Source: Candidatus Latescibacterota bacterium
GTDB taxonomy: Bacteria > Latescibacterota > UBA2968 > UBA8231
DNA: 64,000 bases
Direction of reading: 5' to 3'
Assembly: GCA_965248265.1 (NCBI GenBank)
Contig: CBDFJF010000002.1
Coordinates: 544,001-608,000, forward strand
Position 1 is the stretch's first letter; every line of letters starts with the position of its first letter. This document shows, piece by piece, positions 1 through 8,748 of this stretch. The position numbers were made by a program, and so were the translations under genes. The notes beneath the pieces were generated by a model. The model had not been told where the DNA came from. It worked only from the letters and a program-made list of their open reading frames with translations, and searched no databases.

Positions 1-648
1 GGCGTTGATGTCCACCTTCATGCCATCGTTGTCCATGAAGGCAGAAACCTCGGCCACCTCCAATCCAGTCATCCAGAGCGTTGATGCGACCAGGTGGCTG
101 CCCGAGTCCATGAACATGCCACCGCCGGCCAGTTCGGGATCCAGCCGCCATCCACCGGTTTTGGTCCAGTTCTGGGTGATGTAGGAAACGACCCCGCGAA
201 GCGGTCCGATGGCGCCTTTGCTGATCAGCTCGCGGGCGTACACATAGTGCGGATAGTAGTTGCGCTGATAGCTAACCTGCAGGAAGCGTTTCTGCTTGGC
301 CGCGAGCTTGATCAGCGCCCGGGTGTGCCTGGAGGAAATCGTCAACGGCTTTTCTACGAGCGTATGCAGGCCTTGCCTCAACGCCCGGCCGGCCTGCTCG
401 TAATGCTGGGAATGCGGTGTGCTGATGAAGACGGCATCCAGCTGCTCCTTGTCCAACATGTGCTTGTAGTCGACGTAGCAATTTACCTCCTGGCCATAGC
501 GATCCATCAGGGCCTCGGATTGTGCCTCATCCGTATCTGTCACGCTGACCAGATTCACCCCATCGTCCTTCTGAATTCGCGGGACGTGAGCCCCTCGCAT
601 GTTGCCACCGCATCCGATCAATCCCAAGCGGATTTTTTTCCTGGCCAT
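1..648 (-). CDS. Gfo/Idh/MocA family oxidoreductase (3' end runs off the window)
   Basis: Manual translation from ATG 648 (AGGAG upstream): MARKKIRLGLIGCGGNMRGAH...DAVFISTPHSQHYEQ...HTLVEKPLT. Rossmann GxG plus the STP and EKP motifs. Absent from the ORF track because there is no stop inside the window. Confidence 0.9.
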   Translation of the reverse strand, partial: MARKKIRLGLIGCGGNMRGAHVPRIQKDDGVNLVSVTDTDEAQSEALMDRYGQEVNCYVDYKHMLDKEQLDAVFISTPHSQHYEQAGRALRQGLHTLVEKPLTISSRHTRALIKLAAKQKRFLQVSYQRNYYPHYVYARELISKGAIGPLRGVVSYITQNWTKTGGWRLDPELAGGGMFMDSGSHLVASTLWMTGLEVAEVSAFMDNDGMKVDINA

Positions 649-728
649 TCTCTGTCTCCTTGTTTGGTCGGTGGGGGATAATACGAAAATGTGGCCGTAC
701 TGCCTTGCCCAGATTGTGGCAATGAAAT

Positions 729-754
729 AAGTTAAAGTTGAAGTTAAACTTTAA
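729..754. promoter_or_regulatory. Probable toxin-antitoxin autoregulatory operator
   Basis: AT-rich dyad TTAAAGTT-N7-AACTTTAA (732-754) containing AAGTT-A-AACTT (741-751), about 20 bp upstream of the antitoxin ATG. Confidence 0.55.
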
Positions 755-772
755 GCTAATGGAAGGTGGGCT

Positions 773-1006
773 ATGAAGACGGTATCGATGCTGGAATTGC
801 GAAAAAATGCCCAGGCGATCGTCGAGAGAGTCGAGCGTGGCCAGCCGTTCCTACTGACCTACCGCGGCCGGCCAGTGGCCCGGATTGAACCAGTGAAGAC
901 TTCAGCACAAAAGGACGACCCGTTCTACTCCCTCGGTGAGCTGGCAGATCGCAAGGGCAAGAGCCTGACCAATCGCGAGATAGACGAGACTCTGTATGGC
1001 GGGTGA
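773..1006 (+). CDS. Phd/YefM family antitoxin
   Basis: 77 aa; MKTVSMLELRKN...VERGQPFLLTYRGRPVARIEP is the Phd DNA-binding signature; overlaps the start of the PIN toxin gene. Confidence 0.9.
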   Translation: MKTVSMLELRKNAQAIVERVERGQPFLLTYRGRPVARIEPVKTSAQKDDPFYSLGELADRKGKSLTNREIDETLYGG

Positions 1007-1406
1007 GATATTCGTCGACACCAGTGGGTTTTACGCCTGTTTGGTACAGAAAGACAACCGCCACCGTAAGGCCGTCAACGTGCTGCGCTCGTCGAAGGGG
1101 CGAAGGCGGTTCGTAACCACGGACTACGTGCTCGACGAAACCATCACCCTGTTGAAAATGGGCGGGCTCGGTCATCTCATCGAAGAGTTTACCCGTATCG
1201 CCTTGAGATCCCAGGCCTGTCGTGTCGAGTGGATGGATCCGGAGCGGTTTAATGCCGTTCGTGGATATCTCGTCCAGCATCACGACCATAAGTATTCGTT
1301 CACGGACTGTTTCAGTTTTTACGTCATGAAGCAGGGCAATCTGCGTGATGCGCTCACCAAGGACGAACATTTCAAGGAAGCCGGGTACCAACCACTTTTG
1401 ATCTGA
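996..1406 (+). CDS. vapC: PIN-domain toxin (VapC family ribonuclease)
   Basis: IFVDTS, TTDYVLDET, SFTDCFSF and LTKDEHF carry the acidic PIN tetrad; 136 aa; directly downstream of the antitoxin. Confidence 0.9.
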   Translation: MAGEIFVDTSGFYACLVQKDNRHRKAVNVLRSSKGRRRFVTTDYVLDETITLLKMGGLGHLIEEFTRIALRSQACRVEWMDPERFNAVRGYLVQHHDHKYSFTDCFSFYVMKQGNLRDALTKDEHFKEAGYQPLLI

Positions 1407-1438
1407 CACCAAGTCAAGCGAACCAGACAGCGAGAGCA

Positions 1439-2851
1439 ATGAGTGTGAGACCAGACCAACTTCCATGGAGCGAGATAGGGCTGCGTTGCGATCCGCGGGA
1501 CGTGGAGCCCCTGCTGGAAGCGGTCTCCGTCGACGAGGCGATTCAGCGGCTGAAACAATTCGCCGGGTGGGTGTCTGAAATGGGGACCGCACGCGGGGTT
1601 CACGTGGTGATGACCCCGGTGCTGGCACGCTTTCTTGGCCAGGCTGGCGAGAACCGGCTACAGCAACTGGACGGATTGATGGATCAAACCAGAAGCGGCC
1701 AGTTTGATCCGGACGACGCTGTCCAGCGGGATCTGGAGTACGGCCGTTTTCATATTGAGTACCGCCGGTACACAGCCAACCGCCCAGCCGACGAGAATCC
1801 CTACGAGTTGTTCACTGACCTTGACCGGTTTCCGCTCGGGGTGGAACGGGAGTGGGAACCGGATGATGATGATTTGCTGTCGGTACAGCGGGCTGCTCAC
1901 GAAGCGGTCGGTTTCGCTCGATTCTTGCGCGAGTTCAAGTCAGGCACATCCAGACCCGTCATCGTCATCGGCAATGACAAGGGGCAACTTCTCGGTGGTG
2001 GCTACGGCCGGCTGTGGGTGGTGGAGCCGCTGGAGGAGTACCTGGAGGGTGACGTTGAGATCCGCTACGATCGGGTTACCTCACACGGGACTATGAGACT
2101 CAACGTACCGTCCCCTTTTCCGAAGGACTTCATTAAACGGCTGTGCGAGGAGATGCCCCACCTCGTCATCGTCGATGGCGCCGGCCCTTCCAGGCTGGAA
2201 GGCGTTGTGAGGTTTTCCCGCGTGCCGAGGGGGTACGCCAACTGGTTCGCCGTATACAATGAAATACGAAGCGGCGATGACCCTGGTGCGGCCGACGACG
2301 AGCTGTTTCCCGCAGAACATCTGGCCGAGCTGCGAAAGTGGCATGAGTACAGTATCGTTCGCGACGAGATCTCCCGGTGGACGAGCCCCGGTCCAGGCTA
2401 TACATCGACTCTGTGGGCTCCCGAGCACGAGGACTCGGCGTTGATGGGGGAGGTCGTGGTGCCGTGGAGATCGCCGATGCCGGAGGGTGGACCGCAGATC
2501 GTCTACGCGAACCCGATCATCTACCGCAGCAATGTTGATTCGAGCGGAAGAGCGGTCAGGCCGGCCGGTGACGAGCTGCCCGAGTGCTTCGGGCGCACCA
2601 GTCCGTACTACCTGGACTCCGTTGACAAGCGGCTCAGGGTCCAGTCATTCGTCGACGGCAGCCCTCGTATGGCCACCTGGGGTGAGACCAATGACAATCC
2701 CGAAGGGCCGGCAGGCTGCCTCAATCCGGTGCACACGGTCTTCGGATTCGGACCACACGGTTTCGAGAGAAGGGCGGTGGGCCCGAGTCTGTCGCGGTGT
2801 GTAGACGTTCTTCAGGGACTCATCAAAGCTGAAATCGACCGCCTGATGTAG
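1439..2851 (+). CDS. Hypothetical protein (470 aa)
   Basis: Long ORF with host-like codon usage and GAGAG before the ATG; no family recognised. Confidence 0.75.
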   Translation: MSVRPDQLPWSEIGLRCDPRDVEPLLEAVSVDEAIQRLKQFAGWVSEMGTARGVHVVMTPVLARFLGQAGENRLQQLDGLMDQTRSGQFDPDDAVQRDLEYGRFHIEYRRYTANRPADENPYELFTDLDRFPLGVEREWEPDDDDLLSVQRAAHEAVGFARFLREFKSGTSRPVIVIGNDKGQLLGGGYGRLWVVEPLEEYLEGDVEIRYDRVTSHGTMRLNVPSPFPKDFIKRLCEEMPHLVIVDGAGPSRLEGVVRFSRVPRGYANWFAVYNEIRSGDDPGAADDELFPAEHLAELRKWHEYSIVRDEISRWTSPGPGYTSTLWAPEHEDSALMGEVVVPWRSPMPEGGPQIVYANPIIYRSNVDSSGRAVRPAGDELPECFGRTSPYYLDSVDKRLRVQSFVDGSPRMATWGETNDNPEGPAGCLNPVHTVFGFGPHGFERRAVGPSLSRCVDVLQGLIKAEIDRLM

Positions 2852-2877
2852 CGTGGCGCGCCATGCAGGCGTGCCAC

Positions 2878-4302
2878 TCACGACACTGGCGGCCGCTTGT
2901 CCGGCCATGGACGGACGCTCTCGAAGGCGGCAGAGGCCGCGAGCACGACCTCCTCTCCTCGTTTTCCTCCCACGATATGCAGGCCGATCGGCATGCCGCC
3001 ACTGGAAAACCCGGCGGGAATGGAGGCGGCCGCATGGCCGCTGATGTTGATCGGCATGGTGAAGGCGCCGTTCCAGTACTGCTCGGGGTAGGCGGATTTG
3101 CCCGACATGCGCTCACCCGGGAATTCGCCGTAGGGGAATGCCGGGAAGCAGGCGGTCGGGGACAAGAGCAGATCGAACTCCTCGAACAGATCGGCCATGC
3201 GGGCTTTCTGCAGTGCGACCTGGCCCAGCGCTTCGGCGTACTCCGCGGTTGTGCGCGGTCCGCGTTCCAGCATGAAGCGGGCGAAGCCGGTCAACTGATC
3301 CCCGTGGGTTTCCAAGTACATACCCAGACTGGCGTGACTGTCGGCATCCAGAATAGGCCCATAGGTGTCGTAGGGCGGGGCTATCTCCAGGTCCACCTCT
3401 GAGACATGACACGATAGTTCTTCGAATACCCGTGCCGCTTTCGAGGTCACATCCAGCACCTCAGCGTCCACCTCGGCGAAGCCGAAGTCCGGGCTCCAGG
3501 CGATGCGCAGGCCGGCGATGTCTGTGTTTGCGGCGGCGACGAAGTCGGGTGGCTGCTGGCGCAACGAGTTGACGTCTCTGCGGTCGAAGCCGGCCAGTGT
3601 TTGGAGCAAGAGGGCGGCGTCACCGACTGTGCGGGTCAGCGGGCCGTTCTGGCTGAACAGGTTCATTGACGGAGGGTCGTCCGCTCCGGTGTAGTGGGAC
3701 ACTCGTCCAAGCATCGGCTTGATGCCGTAAATGCCGCAGAAGTTGGAGGGTATGCGGATGGAGCCGCCGCCATCGCTGCCGGTGGCGGCCGAACACAATC
3801 CCGCCGCAACCGCGGCCGCCGCTCCACCTGATGAACCACCCGGAGTGCATTCGGTGTTGCGCCCCTTCTCGCCGACCGTGTTCTCGCAGGTGCCGACCAT
3901 GCCGAATTCGGAGAGGTTGGTCTTACCCAGGATGACGGCCCCGGCGCTTCGCAGCCGTTCGACCACGGCGGCATCCGCCATGGCGATGCGATCCTTGAAC
4001 ACGATTGATCCCGCGGTAGCGGCGACCCCATTCATCATCTGCGTCTCCTTGATGGAGACGGGCAGGCCATGAAGCGCGCCCAATGGTCCTCCACCCATCA
4101 CGGCGTCTTCTGCTGACCTGGCCATCTGCAGGGCTTCGTCACGGGTCACCCTCAGATAGGCGTGCAGCCGAGGGTTCAGCTCGTCGATGCGGTCCAGGTA
4201 GAGCTGGGTGAGTTCGACCGGGGAAATCTGTTTGTCTGCGATCAGTCTCAGGTGCTCCGCCGCCGGCGCAAAAGCCAGTTCCGCATCCATAGTCACACTC
4301 AT
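2878..4302 (-). CDS. Amidase signature family enzyme
   Basis: LHGLPVSIKE (catalytic Lys), GKTNLSEF, TPGGSSGG, GSDGGGSIRIP; GGAG RBS. The usual NPW segment before TPGGSSGG is missing. Confidence 0.9.
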   Translation of the reverse strand: MSVTMDAELAFAPAAEHLRLIADKQISPVELTQLYLDRIDELNPRLHAYLRVTRDEALQMARSAEDAVMGGGPLGALHGLPVSIKETQMMNGVAATAGSIVFKDRIAMADAAVVERLRSAGAVILGKTNLSEFGMVGTCENTVGEKGRNTECTPGGSSGGAAAAVAAGLCSAATGSDGGGSIRIPSNFCGIYGIKPMLGRVSHYTGADDPPSMNLFSQNGPLTRTVGDAALLLQTLAGFDRRDVNSLRQQPPDFVAAANTDIAGLRIAWSPDFGFAEVDAEVLDVTSKAARVFEELSCHVSEVDLEIAPPYDTYGPILDADSHASLGMYLETHGDQLTGFARFMLERGPRTTAEYAEALGQVALQKARMADLFEEFDLLLSPTACFPAFPYGEFPGERMSGKSAYPEQYWNGAFTMPINISGHAAASIPAGFSSGGMPIGLHIVGGKRGEEVVLAASAAFESVRPWPDKRPPVS

Positions 4303-4487
4303 TGTCTCCGCATTCTATCCATGGCTACTTCCGACCTCGCTCGGCCGCGTCACTCCACGTCAGTCAACTTCGCAGTCAATCCCGCGAATTCCATCAATGA
4401 TCAGCCATCCCGCAAGAAAAGTCCACCGAATCTAAAGCGCTGTTTGTAATTGATTTAAGATCCGTAATCCAAAAAATATTCCAACCA

Positions 4488-4528
4488 CGTGACCCGGGTC
4501 ACGACACTGTATAGTATTACATTATACA
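4488..4528. promoter_or_regulatory. Divergent promoter region with two dyads
   Basis: Perfect 16-bp palindrome CGTGACCCGGGTCACG (4488-4503) and TGTATA-N9-TATACA (4508-4528); TATAGT on + (4510-4515), TATAAT on - (4521-4526). Confidence 0.45.
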
Positions 4529-4603
4529 TTGAGACATCATATAGAAAGAGATGATATCTACGTCATCGCGGGTTCCACTCACAACACGCAGGAGGGTAGC
4601 ACC

Positions 4604-6700
4604 ATGAAGAGCATGATAACAGACCGCTTGGCCGGACGCCTTGGCATGATAGCAGCTTCATTGCTGCTGGTCATGACCGGCATGAGCGTAACCGACGCCC
4701 AGGATGACATCCTGTCTGACCTGGAGATTGTCGGGGCGTCGTTCAACAGTCCCGTCGATCCGGGTGGGTCGGTGACGGTTGAGGTGACCGTACGCAACTC
4801 GGGCAACAGCATGGCTCCGGGCAGCGAGACCTCGGAGAGCAGTTACATGATCGACTTCGTCCTGTCCACGGACACCCATGTGCCCGCAGATTGGGCCGTG
4901 TTCAGCGCCAGCTTCGAAGAAGACGTGCTGCTGGCCGGCGGACGCATCAGCAACACGGAGGACGTGTTTCCCGGGGGGGACGATGTGATTTACTCCGAGA
5001 CCGGCGTCCTACCGGTGGACACACCGGTGGGTGAGTATCAGCTGTGCCTCGTCATCGATCCGGGCAACGGCGTTCAGGAGGTGGATGAGACCAACAACGT
5101 CTTCTGCCAGTCCTTGATCGTCGCCCTACCACAGCCGGATCTGGAGATCGGCGGCGCCTCCTTCAACAACCAGGTCGCACCTGGCGGCCAGGTCGATGTG
5201 GAGGTTACCGCACGCAATATCGGCACTTTCATGGCCATGGGCACGGAGACCTCACAGACCGGCTTCATGATCGACTTCGTGTTGTCCACGGACACCCATG
5301 TGCCACCCGATTTCGCCATCTACGACCCCGCCTTCTCGGAAGACGTGCTGTTGTTGGGCGGTCGCATCAGCAACACCGATGACCTGGACGCCGGCGCCGA
5401 GCAAGCCTACCAGATGCCGGGTTGGGTGCCGTCCGATACGCCCCCAGGTGATTACCAGCTGTGCCTGGTCATCGATCCGGGAGACGGCGTGGAAGAGGGC
5501 GATGAAACGAATAACGTCTATTGCCAGTCGTTGACGGTGCTCGACCTGCATCCGGATCTGGTGATTGCCGGAGCATCCTTCAGCAACCTCGTCGAACCGG
5601 GTGGCCAGCTTGACGTCGAGGTGACGGCGCGCAACGCCGGCACCGCCATGGCACCGGGAACGGAGACCTCACAGACCGGCTTCATGATCGACTTCGTGTT
5701 GTCCACGGACACCCATGTGCCACCCGATTTCGCCATCTACGACCCCGCCTTCTCGGAAGACGTGCTGTTGTTGGGCGGTCGCATCAGCAACACCGATGAC
5801 CTGGACGCCGGCGCCGAGCAAGCCTACCAGATGCCGGGTTGGGTGCCGTCCGATACGCCCCCAGGTGACTATCAGCTGTGCCTGGTCATCGATCCGGGAG
5901 ACGGCGTGGATGAAGGAGACGAAACGAACAATGTTTACTGTCAGTCCCTGACCGTGGCTGAGCTGCAGCCGGACCTGGAGATCGCCCAGGCGTTTTTCAA
6001 CAGTACGGTCGAAGCCGGTGGTCTGGTGGAGGTCGAGGTGACGGCGCTCAACGCCGGTACGGCCATGGCGCTGGGTACGGAGACCTCGCAGACCGGTTAC
6101 ATGATCGACGTGGTGTTGTCGACGGACAGCCATGTTCCTGCCGGGTTCTCGGAATTCAGTGATGTCTTCGTCGAAGATGTGCTGCTGGCAGCAGGTCGTA
6201 TCAGCAATACCAATGATCTGGCAGCTGGGGGTGCACAAGGGTACACTGAATCCAGCTGGCTGCCGTCTGACACGCCTCCCGGTGACTACCAGTTGTGCAT
6301 GGTCATCGATCCGGGTGACGGCGTGGCGGAAAGTGACGAGACCGACAACACCTACTGTCAGTCGCTGACGGTGATCGAGGCTCCCTTCAACGACGTGCCC
6401 ACGGATGTTAGTGAAGTGCAGGGAGCGGGTGTGCCGAATTCCTTCGATTTAGCACAGAATTATCCGAATCCCTTCAACCCGTCGACGAACATCCGCTTCA
6501 GTCTGCCACACGAAGCACAGGTAGTCGTGCGTGTTTACGACTGCCTGGGTGCGGTGCAGGAGACCCTGGTCAATGAGGTGCTGCAGGCCGGTAGCTACAA
6601 TGTCGATTACCATGCCGCCGGCCTGGCAAGCGGCATGTACTTCTATCGTATCGAGGCGCCCGGGTTCACGAGCACGAGGAAGTTCACGTTGATGAAATAA
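4604..6700 (+). CDS. Secreted acidic protein with 4 CARDB-like Ig repeats and a T9SS/FlgD-like C-terminal sorting domain
   Basis: ATG 4604 after GGAGG; signal peptide; four ~139-aa units (PDL...VTARNxG...YQLCLVIDP...ExDETNN); C-terminus F.LAQNYPNPFNPSTNIRFSLP...LASGMYFYRI...RKFTLMK. Confidence 0.85.
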   Translation: MKSMITDRLAGRLGMIAASLLLVMTGMSVTDAQDDILSDLEIVGASFNSPVDPGGSVTVEVTVRNSGNSMAPGSETSESSYMIDFVLSTDTHVPADWAVFSASFEEDVLLAGGRISNTEDVFPGGDDVIYSETGVLPVDTPVGEYQLCLVIDPGNGVQEVDETNNVFCQSLIVALPQPDLEIGGASFNNQVAPGGQVDVEVTARNIGTFMAMGTETSQTGFMIDFVLSTDTHVPPDFAIYDPAFSEDVLLLGGRISNTDDLDAGAEQAYQMPGWVPSDTPPGDYQLCLVIDPGDGVEEGDETNNVYCQSLTVLDLHPDLVIAGASFSNLVEPGGQLDVEVTARNAGTAMAPGTETSQTGFMIDFVLSTDTHVPPDFAIYDPAFSEDVLLLGGRISNTDDLDAGAEQAYQMPGWVPSDTPPGDYQLCLVIDPGDGVDEGDETNNVYCQSLTVAELQPDLEIAQAFFNSTVEAGGLVEVEVTALNAGTAMALGTETSQTGYMIDVVLSTDSHVPAGFSEFSDVFVEDVLLAAGRISNTNDLAAGGAQGYTESSWLPSDTPPGDYQLCMVIDPGDGVAESDETDNTYCQSLTVIEAPFNDVPTDVSEVQGAGVPNSFDLAQNYPNPFNPSTNIRFSLPHEAQVVVRVYDCLGAVQETLVNEVLQAGSYNVDYHAAGLASGMYFYRIEAPGFTSTRKFTLMK
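4715..6385 (+). repeat. Four tandem intragenic repeats (417-420 bp period)
   Basis: Units start at 4715, 5135, 5552 and 5969; 5243-5451 and 5660-5868 are identical (209 bp). Confidence 0.95.
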
Positions 6701-6761
6701 AAGGGGTGGGAGACTGAGTAGTCCCCGACGGTGGCCGTTGTGCGCCGTCGGGACGGCGCTC

Positions 6762-8651
6762 TCATTGCGGATAGCCGAGTTTCGCAAACTCCGCAGTGAT
6801 CTCATCAAGAATGCCGGCATCATCGATGGTGGCCGGAACCCGGTACTCGACTCCGTCGGCGATCTTCTTCATGGTGCCTCTCAGAATCTTTCCTGAGCGC
6901 GTTTTCGGCAGCCGCGCGACCACGGCGGCGGCCTTGAACGAAGCCACCGGTCCGATCTGTTCGCGGATCAATTGTACCAACTCGGCGACGATATCGGCGC
7001 TCGGGCGAACGATGCCGGCGTTGAGGACAACGGCCCCGATCGGCACCTCACCCTTGAGGTCGTCCACCACTCCCAGCACCGCGCACTCGGCCACATCGGG
7101 ATGGGCGGCGAGCACCTCCTCCAACGCTCCCGTGGAAAGACGATGGCCCGCGACGTTAATGATATCGTCGGTCCGGCTCATGATCCACAGATAACCGTCT
7201 TCGTCCCGGTAGCCGGCGTCAGCCGTCGAATAATATCCGGGAAAGGTGTCCAGGTAGGAGCTGCGGAAGCCGTCGTCATTCTGCCACAGCGTCGGCAGGC
7301 AGCCCGGGGGCAAGGGAAGCTGAACGGCCACGCTGCCGATATCTCCGTCGGTCACTTCCACTGCATTTTCGTCCAGCACTCGGACATCGAAACCGGGTAC
7401 GGGAACGCCGGCCGATCCCGGTTTGACCGTCAACAGCTCGATGCCGATGGGGTTGGCGCAGATGGGCCAGCCGGTCTCCGTTTGCCACCAGTGGTCGACG
7501 ACGGGCACGCCCAGCTTCTCCTGCGCCCATTGCAGTGTGTCCGGATCGCAGCGCTCGCCGGCCAGAAAGAGGGTGCGGAATCGATTCAGCTGGTACTTGT
7601 CGATGAATTCGCCATCGGGGTCGTCTCTTTTGATGGCCCGGAAGGCTGTCGGTGCGGTGAACATCACCTTCACATTGTGCTCGGAGATTACACGCCAGAA
7701 CGCTCCGGGGTCGGGAGTTCCCACCGGTTTGCCTTCGTATAGGACTGTCGTGCAACCGTGAAAGAGCGGGCCGTACACGATATAGGAGTGTCCGACGACC
7801 CAACCGACATCTGACGCCGCCCAGTAGACATCTCCGGGATTGACATCGTAAATGGCCTGCATGCTCCACTCGAGTGCGACGAGATGGCCACCGTTGTCGC
7901 GGACGACCCCCTTGGGTACGCCGGTAGTGCCGGAGGTGTAGAGGATGTACAGCGGATCGGTTGCGGCGACGGGGACACATTCAACCGGCTGGGCCGCAGC
8001 CATCAGGGTTACCCAATCGACATCACGGCCTGCCGCCATCGAGGCCTCGAGCATGGGTCGCTGTAAGACCACACAGGTGTCTGGTTTGTGCGCCGCGAGT
8101 TCGATGGCGCGATCCAGGAGCGGCTTGTAAGGAATGACCCGGGCCGTCTCAATTCCACAAGAGGCGGAGACGATGACCCTCGGTCTGGCATCATCGATGC
8201 GGGTTGCCAGCTCGTTTGCCGCGAAGCCGCCGAAGACGACGGAGTGGATGGCTCCGATGCGCGCGCAGGCCAGCATGGCGATGACGGTCTCGGGGACCAT
8301 GGGCATGTAAACGATCACGCGGTCGCCTTTGACGACACCGAGAGCAGTGAGGGCGCCGGCGAACAGGGAGACCTGGTCCAGCAGGTCGCGGTAGGTGAGT
8401 GTTCTAACCGTGCCCGTGACCGGACTGTCGTAGATGAGAGCTGGTTGGGCTCCTCGCCCACCTTCGACATGGCGATCGACGGCGTTGTAACAGGTGTTGA
8501 GTTCACCGCCGACAAACCAGCGGGTGAAGGGTGGTCTGGAGTCATCGAGCACCCTGTCCCATGGTTTGTACCAGGACACGCTCTGTGCGGCCTGCTCCCA
8601 AAAGCCCTCGGGGTCTGCACGCCATGCGGCGTAGGTCTGCCGGTAGTTCAT
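6762..8651 (-). CDS. prpE: Propionyl-CoA synthetase (acetate/propionate-CoA ligase family)
   Basis: Likely start MNYRQTY at 8651; YILYTSGTTGVPKG, DHWWQTETG, DDIINVAGHRLSTG, LPKTRSGKILR. The ORF-track 5' extension overlaps the divergent gene. Confidence 0.85.
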   Translation of the reverse strand: MNYRQTYAAWRADPEGFWEQAAQSVSWYKPWDRVLDDSRPPFTRWFVGGELNTCYNAVDRHVEGGRGAQPALIYDSPVTGTVRTLTYRDLLDQVSLFAGALTALGVVKGDRVIVYMPMVPETVIAMLACARIGAIHSVVFGGFAANELATRIDDARPRVIVSASCGIETARVIPYKPLLDRAIELAAHKPDTCVVLQRPMLEASMAAGRDVDWVTLMAAAQPVECVPVAATDPLYILYTSGTTGVPKGVVRDNGGHLVALEWSMQAIYDVNPGDVYWAASDVGWVVGHSYIVYGPLFHGCTTVLYEGKPVGTPDPGAFWRVISEHNVKVMFTAPTAFRAIKRDDPDGEFIDKYQLNRFRTLFLAGERCDPDTLQWAQEKLGVPVVDHWWQTETGWPICANPIGIELLTVKPGSAGVPVPGFDVRVLDENAVEVTDGDIGSVAVQLPLPPGCLPTLWQNDDGFRSSYLDTFPGYYSTADAGYRDEDGYLWIMSRTDDIINVAGHRLSTGALEEVLAAHPDVAECAVLGVVDDLKGEVPIGAVVLNAGIVRPSADIVAELVQLIREQIGPVASFKAAAVVARLPKTRSGKILRGTMKKIADGVEYRVPATIDDAGILDEITAEFAKLGYPQ

Positions 8652-8748
8652 CTGCCAGATACTACGAGAAACAGAATAGCTACGGAAGGTGACGCCTGCT
8701 CGAACCGCTCGTTGCCAGTCTTGCTCGTAGTTGCGTACGCTATCTCCC

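Noticed and set aside
2878-4302. Naming the amidase gatA
   Set aside because: No gatB/gatC neighbours and no GatA-specific C-terminal motifs; generic amidase.
4507-4522. CTGT-N8-ACAT resembling a gammaproteobacterial LexA box
   Set aside because: Mismatch in a critical half-site, flanking genes are not SOS-related, and the organism does not look gammaproteobacterial.
5243-5868. Near-identical repeats as a diversity-generating retroelement TR/VR pair
   Set aside because: No reverse transcriptase in the window; both copies are in-frame coding units and the few differences next to the core are synonymous C/T, not adenine-specific.
6703-6728. Terminator after the CARDB-like gene
   Set aside because: Weak, bulged stem without a U-tract on the plus strand.
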